Positions 37,652-46,423 of a stretch of 64,000 nucleotides of DNA are shown in pieces. The notes under the pieces were generated by a model. It searched no databases, was not told where the DNA came from, and was given only the letters and a program-made list of their open reading frames with translations. Every line of letters begins with the position of its first letter. Within the stretch, counting starts at the first letter, position 1. Origin of the DNA: an uncultured Actinomycetota bacterium (lineage in GTDB: Bacteria; Actinomycetota; Actinomycetes; JAFAQI01); contig CAVYQE010000011.1 of assembly GCA_963770565.1 (NCBI GenBank), positions 192,001 through 256,000 on the forward strand, in the 5' to 3' direction. The translations under genes and the position numbers were made by a program.

Positions 37652-38636
37652 TGGAGCCGTTCCCGAGCGAGTTCTCGATCTGGGTGATCGAGCCGGTCGT
37701 ACCGAAGAACTCGGTGTTGACCTTCGCCCAGCCGCCGAGCGAGTCGATTGTGAACAGCCCGGGCGGGGTGGGGAACTGTGTGGTGTTCAGGTCGGCCTGG
37801 ACGACCGGCCGGTAGCCGGCAGCCGCGAAGATCTTCTGCGCCTGGTCGGTGTAGAGGAACTTCACGAAGTTCTGAGCGAGGGTCGCGTTGTGCGCACCGG
37901 TCGTCACGGCGATCGGGTTCTGGATCAAGATCGTGTCCGGCGGAGTGACGTAGTCGACCGACTCGCCGGCCTGCTGCGCCTTGATCGCCTCGTTCTCATA
38001 CCCGATCAGGACGTTGCCGGTGCCGCCCACGAACGCCGCGGTCGCGTCGGAGCCGCTATCCGGTTGCGCAACCGTGTGCTGTAGGAGTTCCTTGACGAAA
38101 GCCAGTGCCTGGGCAGGGGTCTTGCCTTCCTTGAGCTCGGCGCCGTACGCCGCCATCAGGTTCCAGCAGGCGCTGCCGGAGCTCAGCGGGTTGGGAGTGA
38201 CCACCTTGACGCCGGGCTTGATGAGGTCGTCCCAGCTCGTGATGTGAAGGGGGTTGCCCTTGCGCACGATCAGAACGGCGACCGAGTCGGTGATGATGCC
38301 CTTGTACTGGTTGGCATCCCAGTTCGAGGAGACGAGCTTGGCGGCGACGAGGCTGTCCATGTCGCTCTGGCGGGAGAACTCGACCACGTCGGCTGACTGG
38401 CCGGCGATCACTGCCTTCGCCTGCGTGCCGGACGCGCCGAAGGACTGGCCGAACTTCGCGCTCTTGCCGGCGGCGGTGGCCTCGAAAGCGGGGATCAGCT
38501 TTGCGTACACCGTCTGAGGCGTCGAGTAGGCGACCAGGTCGATGGTGTTCTTCGAGCTTCCTGAGCTGCACCCGGCGGTTACTGCGACCAGCGCCACTGC
38601 GCCTGCCGCTGCGGCGATTCGCTTTGTGCTCAACAC
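37644..38636 (-). CDS. sbp: Sulfate ABC substrate-binding lipoprotein
   Basis: TAGC lipobox; SFGASG.Q, KGNP..I..WDDL, TPNP.SSG.A.WN, YENEA. Confidence 0.9.
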   Translation of the reverse strand: MLSTKRIAAAAGAVALVAVTAGCSSGSSKNTIDLVAYSTPQTVYAKLIPAFEATAAGKSAKFGQSFGASGTQAKAVIAGQSADVVEFSRQSDMDSLVAAKLVSSNWDANQYKGIITDSVAVLIVRKGNPLHITSWDDLIKPGVKVVTPNPLSSGSACWNLMAAYGAELKEGKTPAQALAFVKELLQHTVAQPDSGSDATAAFVGGTGNVLIGYENEAIKAQQAGESVDYVTPPDTILIQNPIAVTTGAHNATLAQNFVKFLYTDQAQKIFAAAGYRPVVQADLNTTQFPTPPGLFTIDSLGGWAKVNTEFFGTTGSITQIENSLGNGSSG

Positions 38637-38760
38637 GGTGCTGCTCCTCTTCTAGTCGGCTAATCGACTAAATCCGATGTGATCTATAAATACTAGCGAC
38701 TTACTGCAGAATAACATACCCAAGACGCGAGGGGGCAGGGCCGAAGGTCCCGTAGGGGGG

Positions 38761-39756
38761 TTAGCTGTGGCGGCTTTGGAGGGCCATGTTGCCGGGCGCC
38801 CCAGCGTCAGAGTGCGACAAAACGGGCGAATCGGGCCGCAGCGGACCTGTGTGGCCAAGCGCAGCGACGTGGAAGAGCGCCGCCTCGTCGGTCACGCCGT
38901 CCAACGTGCCCAGCACCGAGAGGGTGAGGATCAAAACCATGGCGGCGAGGATCAGCGGGTGCCGGCGCGGCGGTGCGGCGCGCATGGCCGCCACCCGGCT
39001 GTCCACCGTGTCGGCCGACAACGGCAGCGCGATACTCGGCCGTTGGGCCGTGCCGGCGGCGTTTGCGGCCCGCCTCAATGCGGACGCTACGACTTCGCGG
39101 TCGACCTCACGGGCGGCGTCCTCGTCGGCCCATCGCTCGGTGACCCAGCCCTGGGCCTTCGGCAAGGTGACCAGCAAGGGGTTTAGCGCGGCAGCGATGA
39201 TCGTGGCGGTGCGATGGCGGTGATGGTGATGGCGAAGGTGTGAGCGCTCGTGGGCGAGCATCACCGTGCATTCTTCCGGGCTCAGCAGCGCCAGCATCCC
39301 CCGGGTGACGAAGATCCGGCCCGGCCGGCCGGGTACGGCGTACGCATCGGTGGACAGGTCGGGTAGCACGACAAGGTCGCTGCCGGTGTCGGGCATTCGA
39401 TAGCTGAGCCGGCGTGCCGCCGCGACCGACCGCACCCGCCGCACCGAGATCCAGGTGAAGCGGCAAATGCCGAGCACCAGCAGGCCGATCGCGACGACCG
39501 CGATCGGCCAGCCCACTGGATCCGAACGGCGAAACGCGCTGATCGACCAGTGCCCGGCCGAAGCGAGCGAGGGGTTGTCGCCGACGAGGGTTATTGCCAG
39601 CGCGCTGAGGGCGGCGACTCCACTCAACGCGGCGACCAGGCCGCCGGTCGAGAGCAGCCAGGCGGCGATCGCCGGCGAGAGCCTGCGCGCGACCACCGGC
39701 CCGACCACGCCGAACAGCGCGGCGAAGGCAAGTCCGGCGTACACCGAGTAGTGCAT
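38761..39756 (-). CDS. M56/BlaR1-like membrane Zn peptidase
   Basis: AYAVPG, LAHERSHL (HExxH), ERWADE. Confidence 0.85.
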   Translation of the reverse strand: MHYSVYAGLAFAALFGVVGPVVARRLSPAIAAWLLSTGGLVAALSGVAALSALAITLVGDNPSLASAGHWSISAFRRSDPVGWPIAVVAIGLLVLGICRFTWISVRRVRSVAAARRLSYRMPDTGSDLVVLPDLSTDAYAVPGRPGRIFVTRGMLALLSPEECTVMLAHERSHLRHHHHRHRTATIIAAALNPLLVTLPKAQGWVTERWADEDAAREVDREVVASALRRAANAAGTAQRPSIALPLSADTVDSRVAAMRAAPPRRHPLILAAMVLILTLSVLGTLDGVTDEAALFHVAALGHTGPLRPDSPVLSHSDAGAPGNMALQSRHS

Positions 39757-40131
39757 CTACGACCGCCGACGCGCGCCACGGCGCAGCAGTGTCGTCAACG
39801 TGCGCTCGTCGTCGGTCGTCAGCGACCCGACGAAGTGGGCGAGGATCTCGCCGCGGTCGTGCCCGCGGTCGAGTTGCTCGCGCATGCGTGACGCGGCGAG
39901 CTCGGCTTGCGCGAACGCCGGCGTGTAGATGAAGGCGCGCCCGACCCGGGTCCGGGTCACCGAACCCTTGGCGTGGAGCCGGCTGAGGATCGTCATCACG
40001 GTGGTGTAGGCCAGATCCGCGCCGAGCGCTTCGCGCACCTGGCCGGGGGACATCGGCTCGCCAGACCGCCACAGAGCGGCGAGGACATCAGCCTCGAGCT
40101 CGCCCGGTGCGCGTCGCGCCTGCGGTGCCAT
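39757..40131 (-). CDS. BlaI/MecI/CopY family regulator
   Basis: GELEA.VL..LW, LAYTTVMTIL.RL..KG, GRAF.Y. Confidence 0.9.
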   Translation of the reverse strand: MAPQARRAPGELEADVLAALWRSGEPMSPGQVREALGADLAYTTVMTILSRLHAKGSVTRTRVGRAFIYTPAFAQAELAASRMREQLDRGHDRGEILAHFVGSLTTDDERTLTTLLRRGARRRS

Positions 40132-40151
40132 CTCCACTCCCAGACCGCTAA

Positions 40152-40901
40152 CTACGACCCACTGTAGTTGACCTGGGCGGCCCGCGAATAGCGCAGATAC
40201 AACAGATCGTCGCGGGTGAGGACATGGCGCAACTCGAGCCGGGTCGGGTTGACCAGGGCGGATGGCGGCTGCATGGTGGTCGGCTGCGAACCCGTGAGGT
40301 ACGGCGACAAGGTCAGGCACATGTCGTCGACCAGGTCGGATTCGACGAGGCGGCTGAGTAGATAGGGACCGCCCTCGCACAGGATTCGATGGAGGCCGCG
40401 CTCGTTGAGCTCGGCGAGGATCCGGGCCGGGTCGATCTCGTCGTCACCGACGACGACGACGTCGGCGACCTCGCGCAGCTCGGCTGCCTGTTCGGCGCTT
40501 GCGGCGACCGTGGCGATGATCGTGCGTGGCCCATCGGGGTCGAAGATCGGCAGCGACGTAGGCAGCTGGGCGCGTGCCGTCACGACGACGAGTGGGGGAG
40601 CCGCGCTCTGCCCGGCTTGCTCGCGGCGGGATCGGCTGGCCGGGTTGAGCCGAACCGTGCCGTACTGCTCGGCCTGCACGGTCGCCGAGCCGACCATGAT
40701 CGCGTCGGCGAGGCTGCGTAGGTAGCCGAGCAGGGCCTGGTCGTGGGAGTCGGTGATCGCCTTCGTCCGGCCGTGGAACGCGCCGCCTCCATCCGGGGTC
40801 AGGACCATGTTCGCCCGGATCCCGATCGGGGCATCTCCGTAGAAGCGGTCAAGCCCGCCAGGGTCCTCGGGGAGCAGCCCGACGCCGTCAGGAGGTGCCA
40901 T
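40152..40901 (-). CDS. RibD C-terminal/dihydrofolate reductase-like protein
   Basis: IRANMV...DG, LR..ADAI.VG..TV..E.Y, LCEGGP. Confidence 0.85.
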   Translation of the reverse strand: MAPPDGVGLLPEDPGGLDRFYGDAPIGIRANMVLTPDGGGAFHGRTKAITDSHDQALLGYLRSLADAIMVGSATVQAEQYGTVRLNPASRSRREQAGQSAAPPLVVVTARAQLPTSLPIFDPDGPRTIIATVAASAEQAAELREVADVVVVGDDEIDPARILAELNERGLHRILCEGGPYLLSRLVESDLVDDMCLTLSPYLTGSQPTTMQPPSALVNPTRLELRHVLTRDDLLYLRYSRAAQVNYSGS

Positions 40902-41090
40902 GGCTACAGCCTCGCAGGTGGATGCAGCGTGGCCGGGGCTGGCCCGGTGCGGCCTGGCTTGGGCTCGATTCGGTGCTTGGCGCGGGTGACGTCCTCTGCC
41001 ATCCTCAATGGTGATGGCTGTGCCGCCGATACCAGTGGTGACCGCTCGATCGCGAACTGCCTGAGGATCTCTGTCTTGACTGCTCCGTCG

Positions 41091-42131
41091 ATGTCGGCCC
41101 GGATCACTCGATCATGGCTGGCACGCTCGATCGTCACGGTCGCGACGGTCGCAGCCTGTATCGCGGGTGCATCGACATCCTCGGCCGCCGTCTCGGGCCG
41201 GGCCGTGACCCTTCCGCCGCCTCCGCCGAGCCCCACCGAGGGTGCGGCGATCGAGGGTCTTGCGCCGTACCAGGCTCAGTTCTTCTGCCGGCACAAGGTG
41301 GAGCCGGGTGTCGCGGCGTTCGAGAAGCTCGTGCTGGCCGCCTATCCCAGCACTGCGTCCGACGGCGACATGCGAGCCTGCGACGACGGTGGCACGAGCG
41401 AGCACAAGGATGGCCGGGCCTGGGACTGGGGTGCTGACCACCGCAATGCGGCACAGCGCGCGGATGGCAAGTCCCTACTGAAGTGGCTGTTCGCGACCGA
41501 CTCGAACGGCAACAAGGATGCGATGTTCCGCCGGCTCGGCTTGATGTACGTGATCTGGGACAAGCGAATCTGGGGGACCTGGTCGCAGAAGTGGGAGCCG
41601 TACGCCTGCTCGGGTGCGACCGCTTGCCACGTCAACCACATCCACTTCTCGTTCGGCTGGGCCGGCGCGGAGCAGAAGACCTCGTTCTGGACCGACAACG
41701 TGTCGCCGGTGGTCGAGCCGCCGCTGCCGAGGTTCACGACACTGCATGGGCATCGCACGCTCCGGGTTGCCGCGAAGGCCGGCAGCAAGGCGGCGATGTG
41801 GCTGGTGAAGGGGCACGACACGTACCGCGCGGTCGCGAGTGGCGTGTGGCGCATCGGAAAGACGCACGCCGATGCGGTCTGCACGAAGACCTCTGACGGT
41901 TGGGCGCCGTCGAGGTCGACCAGCCTTGGTGTCAGTGGTGACCAGCTTCAGGGTTGGGGCGAGGAATGGGTCCCGACCCACGACAACGGCAAGGGCTGCA
42001 ATCCAACCGATCACACCTATCGGCTGGTGCTCACGCCGCCCGCTTCGAGCACGGTGATCGCCACGCTCGGCGGCGCCGGCAGCAGCAAGGACTCCGGCAC
42101 ACTGCGTGTGCGCTTCACCCGCACCGCGTAG
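41091..42131 (+). CDS. Secreted protein with M15-like Zn-peptidase motif
   Basis: Signal peptide; SEHKDGRAWD and HVNHIHFS (SxHxxGxAxD...HxH). Confidence 0.65.
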   Translation: MSARITRSWLARSIVTVATVAACIAGASTSSAAVSGRAVTLPPPPPSPTEGAAIEGLAPYQAQFFCRHKVEPGVAAFEKLVLAAYPSTASDGDMRACDDGGTSEHKDGRAWDWGADHRNAAQRADGKSLLKWLFATDSNGNKDAMFRRLGLMYVIWDKRIWGTWSQKWEPYACSGATACHVNHIHFSFGWAGAEQKTSFWTDNVSPVVEPPLPRFTTLHGHRTLRVAAKAGSKAAMWLVKGHDTYRAVASGVWRIGKTHADAVCTKTSDGWAPSRSTSLGVSGDQLQGWGEEWVPTHDNGKGCNPTDHTYRLVLTPPASSTVIATLGGAGSSKDSGTLRVRFTRTA

Positions 42132-42533
42132 CAGTAGACGCAATCCCGTAGGCATCGGCCTGACACGAGAACCGAAGAGAACAGCAGCGGTCTGCCGCGT
42201 CAGCACTTCGCGAAGCGCGCTGGACCGGCCTATTCACCGAGCTTGTGTTGCCTTCTTGGGTTGCCTGTTCACCTTCTGGGGTATGCCCAAGGTGTTCACT
42301 GCGGTCGAGGTGTGGCGTTGCTGAGAATCCCGACCGGCGCGTCCGGCTACGCCTGAAGTGAGTTGAGTGGGCGTAGGACCGGTAGTGCTGCCGTCATAGG
42401 GCGGGTTGTCGCCGATGCGTTCACGGGCGCTGGGTCGGCGGCCGGTCAATCGCACAGGTTTCCGCTCTACCGTGCACGGCTCCGGGCACGGGTTCGCAGG
42501 TGATGTCGACGTCGAGCTCAGGAGGTTGCGGTG

Positions 42534-43547
42534 ATGAGTCGGCGAGCAGGCGGCATCGCGCTGGCCGCAAGCATGGTGCTGATGATCGCGACCGGTCTCA
42601 CGGTGGTCGCTGGCGGCAACGTACAGGCGGCTAGCAGTCTCGCAATGTGCGGCAACGCTGGGAGCGCACCTGCCCTCAAGCACGTAGTCGTCATGTATCT
42701 GGAGAACGAGAGCTACAGCCAGGTGATCGGCAATCCCGACGCCCCGTACATCAACGGCACATTGACAAATCGGTGCGGGGTGGCGACTCGGGCGTTCGCG
42801 GCGACGCATACCAGCGCGGCGAACTACCTCGCCGCGGCGGCAGGCAACTACCCGGCGAACAGCCCATCTGGTTGCGGTTCAGTTGCGGCCTGCAGTTCCG
42901 CCGCGCCGACGCTGTTCAGACAGATGGCATCGGCCGGGGTCGGCTGGCGGAACTTCGTCGAGGGCGCACCATCCGACTGCGATCAGACTACGGTCAGCGG
43001 AGTGACCAAGATCGGTCATGACCCTGGGCTGTTCTCCACCAACATCGACTGCGCTGACGATGTCGTTCCTGTCGCGTCTTTGACCCAGCCTGACAACAGC
43101 ATGTTCTGGGCCGAACTCGACACCAACTCGCTACGCGGGTTCACCTGGCTATCCCCCGATCAGAATCACATCGGGGAGAACGGCTCGACCGTGAGCGCGC
43201 AGGACACTTTCTTGTCCAAGTTCTTGTCCGACTTCGTGTCCTCGGCGGCGTATCAGTCGGGTTCCACTGCGCTGATCATCACCGAGGACGAAGGCTCCGG
43301 CTCGGACTACAGCGTCGGGGAGAACTGCACCAACCGGACCGCAGACCTGGCCGGCCAGCAGGAAAGCTGTCACGTTCCGCTGTGGGTGGTCTACCCGTAC
43401 AACCCGGGCAGCGACGTCGCCACCTTCCTTGACCCCTACTCCATCACCAAGGGCGTGGAGAACCTGTTCGGTCTGCCCCGTGTCGCGCACGCCGGGGACG
43501 CGGCCACCAACAGCCTGGCCGGACATTTCGGCCTCGCCAGCACGTAA
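42534..43547 (+). CDS. Secreted phosphoesterase (acid phosphatase/PLC family)
   Basis: KHVVVMYLENESY, APYIN, HTSA.NYLA, IITEDE; GGAGG RBS. Confidence 0.8.
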   Translation: MSRRAGGIALAASMVLMIATGLTVVAGGNVQAASSLAMCGNAGSAPALKHVVVMYLENESYSQVIGNPDAPYINGTLTNRCGVATRAFAATHTSAANYLAAAAGNYPANSPSGCGSVAACSSAAPTLFRQMASAGVGWRNFVEGAPSDCDQTTVSGVTKIGHDPGLFSTNIDCADDVVPVASLTQPDNSMFWAELDTNSLRGFTWLSPDQNHIGENGSTVSAQDTFLSKFLSDFVSSAAYQSGSTALIITEDEGSGSDYSVGENCTNRTADLAGQQESCHVPLWVVYPYNPGSDVATFLDPYSITKGVENLFGLPRVAHAGDAATNSLAGHFGLAST

Positions 43548-43576
43548 GGCGCGAGCGACCGAGGGGTGAAAAGAAC

Positions 43577-43605
43577 AAACCCGCAGGCCGTTGACCTGCG
43601 GGTTT
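43577..43605. terminator. Intrinsic hairpin between phosphoesterase and tRNA-His
   Basis: AAACCCGCAGG-CCGTTGA-CCTGCGGGTTT, with U-rich tail on the minus strand. Confidence 0.8.
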
Positions 43606-43608
43606 GGA

Positions 43609-43685
43609 TGGGGTGAGTGACGGGACTTGAACCCGCGACACCCGGGACCACAACCCGGTGCTCTACCAGCTGAGCTACACCCACC
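43609..43685 (-). tRNA. tRNA-His(GTG)
   Basis: G-1 GTGGGTG...CCGGG TT GTG GT CCCGG...GGTTCAAGTCC...CACTCAC-C-CCA. Confidence 0.95.
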
Positions 43686-43734
43686 ATGCGGTTCGCCGCG
43701 AGGCTGAGACCGTGGCGAGCAGTCTAGCGGTGCG

Positions 43735-44361
43735 TCAGGCGGGTTTCGCCGGCTCCGACGCTGCTGCCGTCAACTCGGCCGCCACCGCCCGTGAGGCGTC
43801 GGTGTCGGGTCCGGGTGGCGGGACCAGGACGGTCGCGCGGTAGTAGCGCAGCTCGTTGATGCTTTCCAGGATGTCCGCCAAGGCGCGATGGCCGCCGCTC
43901 TTCGACGGGGCGTTGTAGTAGGCCCGCGGGTACCAGCGGCGGGCCAGCTCCTTGATGGTCGAGACGTCGATCATCCGGTAGTGCAGGTGGTCATCGAGGC
44001 GCGGCATGTAGCGGGCCAGGAACGAGCGGTCGGTGGCGATCGTGTTGCCGCACAACGGAGCCTTACGGCGTTCGGGCACGTGCCGCTTGACGTAGTCGAG
44101 CACCTGGTCCTCGGCCTGCTCGAGGGTGGTCGTGGCCCCAGCGATCGCCTCGAGAAGGCTGGACGTGGTGTGCATCTCCCGTACGACGTCATCCATGCCG
44201 GCGAGCTTGGACGGGTCGGTCGCGATGACGATGTCGAGCCCCTCGTCGAGCGGGTTGAGGTCGGCGTCGGTGGCGATGACGGCGATTTCGACCAGGACAT
44301 CGACCGCGGGGTCAAGGCCGGTCATCTCGCAGTCGATCCACACCAGGGCGTCAGTTGGCAC
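43735..44361 (-). CDS. orn: Oligoribonuclease
   Basis: LVWIDCEMTGLD, CGNTI..DR.FL, HYRMIDVSTIKELARRW, HRALADI. Confidence 0.95.
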   Translation of the reverse strand: MPTDALVWIDCEMTGLDPAVDVLVEIAVIATDADLNPLDEGLDIVIATDPSKLAGMDDVVREMHTTSSLLEAIAGATTTLEQAEDQVLDYVKRHVPERRKAPLCGNTIATDRSFLARYMPRLDDHLHYRMIDVSTIKELARRWYPRAYYNAPSKSGGHRALADILESINELRYYRATVLVPPPGPDTDASRAVAAELTAAASEPAKPA

Positions 44362-44399
44362 CGCGACACTCTCCCACGCCCTAATCTGAATTCGCTGTA

Positions 44400-44472
44400 G
44401 CGCCCGTAGCTCAGGGGATAGAGCAGGTGCCTTCTAAGCACTTGGTCGCAGGTTCGATTCCTGCCGGGCGCA
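44400..44472 (+). tRNA. tRNA-Arg(TCT)
   Basis: GCGCCCGTAGCTCAGGGGATAGAGCA-GGTGC CT TCT AA GCACT-GGTTCGATTCC-CGGGCGCA. Confidence 0.93.
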
Positions 44473-44536
44473 CTTTTTCCACAGGGTGCCAGGCCCTCGG
44501 CGTCACGCGAAGCGCCGCTCGGCTCCGGCGGCAGCC

Positions 44537-45664
44537 TCAGCAGGTGGTCTTCTTGGTCACCTTCGAGGGCTCGAGGCTATGGAAGCCCGCAAAGGCAGCG
44601 ACGACTTCGCACTTGCCCGGCTTCGGTCGGCTGAACGACGTGGAGTAGTGCCCAGAGCGCGACATCAGCGGGTGCTTGGTGCTGACTGTCCGGTACTTGC
44701 CGTGACTCTTGCGCAGGAGCGCGACCTTCACCGCCACGCCTCCGGCAGCCGGTTTGACGGTGCCGCTCACCGACAGAGTCTTGTGCTTGTGTCCGACGGT
44801 CGCGGTCGTCGTCGTCTTCTCGGACTTCGTGTAGGTGATCGTGAGCCGAGGAGATCCGGTCGTGTCGGCGTGCACCGACTTGGCGGAGGTGCCGGCACCG
44901 AATCCGCTTGAGCCGCCGCCGCCTCCGGCGCCGTTGTCGATTGAGTCGCTGCCGGCGCCGCCACCGCCGCCGTACAGCCCGCCACCACCACCTCCGCCGC
45001 CGTCCCCGAGGGCACTTTCGCCGCCGGCGCCGCCGGTGCCGTGCGTACCGGGATCACCCGCGACGTCGCCCGATCCACCCGCCCCTGCCGCGGATGAGCC
45101 GCCCGCCCGACCACCACCGCAGCCGCTGCACGTGGGCTGGCCGGCCTTGCCGGCGGCGCCGCCGTTCTGAGCGTTGAAACCGCCGCCACCACCGCCGCCG
45201 GCGACCACGACCCGGGTGGATAGCGACCCCGCCGCCGAGCTGGCCCTCGTTCGTACGTCGGTCGCGCCACCGCCACCACCGCCGTTGACGTCCGAGGAGA
45301 TGCCGCCGGCGCCGCCGCCGTTGAACGCGTTGAGAGGTCCGCTCGCACCCGCACCCGGGGTTCCGACGCCGCCGACCTCGATGTAGAGCGTCTCGCCTGC
45401 CGTTACGGCGAGGTCGGCGTCGACTCGAGCGCCGAGGCCGCCGGGTCCGGTCGTCGGCGTGGCAAATGCGGCGCCCCCGGGTGCGCCGATCGCCTCGAGA
45501 TGCAGGCTGCGGACACCGGACGGTACGACGAAGGTCTGCTCCGCGCCTGTGTAGACGTAGACCTTGGTGCTCGCCTGCGCGAGCGGCATCGCGAGCAATC
45601 CGGCGCCGCCGATCGTGACGGCGACAGCTGACAGCCGACCGACGTGAACCCATGGTGATCGCAT
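44537..45664 (-). CDS. Secreted glycine-rich protein (ALK/LTK-like Gly-rich domain) with basic C-terminal Ig-like domain
   Basis: Signal peptide; YTG..QTFVVP.GV...GA.GG, L.V..GE.LYI.VGG, GGGGGATDVR, VAGGGGG. Confidence 0.75.
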   Translation of the reverse strand: MRSPWVHVGRLSAVAVTIGGAGLLAMPLAQASTKVYVYTGAEQTFVVPSGVRSLHLEAIGAPGGAAFATPTTGPGGLGARVDADLAVTAGETLYIEVGGVGTPGAGASGPLNAFNGGGAGGISSDVNGGGGGGATDVRTRASSAAGSLSTRVVVAGGGGGGGFNAQNGGAAGKAGQPTCSGCGGGRAGGSSAAGAGGSGDVAGDPGTHGTGGAGGESALGDGGGGGGGGLYGGGGGAGSDSIDNGAGGGGGSSGFGAGTSAKSVHADTTGSPRLTITYTKSEKTTTTATVGHKHKTLSVSGTVKPAAGGVAVKVALLRKSHGKYRTVSTKHPLMSRSGHYSTSFSRPKPGKCEVVAAFAGFHSLEPSKVTKKTTC

Positions 45665-45842
45665 CGAAGCTCCTCAACCCGGACTGTTGCTGCACATCTT
45701 GGCCCCGATTGTCGGTGGAAGTCAGCATCCGGTCGGGCAGAGTTCTCCGTGGCGACTCTGGCGGACACCTGGGGTTGCGACCAGGTTGCGACCGCGGGCC
45801 CAGACGATGCGTAAGTCACGTCCGCCCCGCCCTGGAGGTCCT

Positions 45843-46412
45843 ATGTCGAGCCGTCGGATGACCGCTTCGTCGATCCTGGTCGCATCTGTTGTCGGCCTGA
45901 TCGTGGGGCTTGCTCTGCCCGCAGCCGGCCGGGCCGCGAGCCAGCTGATCAATGGTGCCTCGATCAAGGAGCACTCGATCGCCGGCAACCGGTTGAAGCA
46001 CAACACGATCACCGGGAAGCAGGTCAAGGAGTCCTCGCTCGGCACCGTCCCCAGAGCGCAGACGCTGCCGCCGCTGGTGTGGCACCCGATCAAGCCGATC
46101 AACGGCTGGGCGGACGGTTCGATCGGTACGCCGGCCTACCGCTCACCGGCGTACGCCGTCGACGCCCAAGGGCTCGTGCACTTCAGGGGCACGCTGGACG
46201 GGGGCCTGTCCGGAACGGTTGCCTTCACGCTGCCGAAGGCGGATCTGCCCAAGCCCGGCCTCGTCGTCGACTGCCCGATGATGGCGTCCGGCGGCAAGGC
46301 CGCGATGTTGATGTTCAGGTCCGATGGCGCGGCGCCCGGCCCTGGTGACGCCAGCTCCGGCGATATCAGCGACCTGTCGATCCTCGACGGGGTCACGCTC
46401 GACCCGCGCTGA
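45843..46412 (+). CDS. Hypothetical secreted protein
   Basis: GGAGG RBS; signal peptide; I.G..IK..SI.G repeats; G.VH.RG....G....FTLP beta module. Confidence 0.65.
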   Translation: MSSRRMTASSILVASVVGLIVGLALPAAGRAASQLINGASIKEHSIAGNRLKHNTITGKQVKESSLGTVPRAQTLPPLVWHPIKPINGWADGSIGTPAYRSPAYAVDAQGLVHFRGTLDGGLSGTVAFTLPKADLPKPGLVVDCPMMASGGKAAMLMFRSDGAAPGPGDASSGDISDLSILDGVTLDPR

Positions 46413-46423
46413 GGATCGCGGCC

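Noticed and set aside
38761-40131. Beta-lactam resistance system
   Set aside because: BlaI/M56 pair lacks a penicillin-binding sensor domain and an adjacent beta-lactamase; this pair is common in Actinobacteria.
42320-42382. TPP riboswitch
   Set aside because: Only scattered motif words; core spacing and the downstream gene do not fit.
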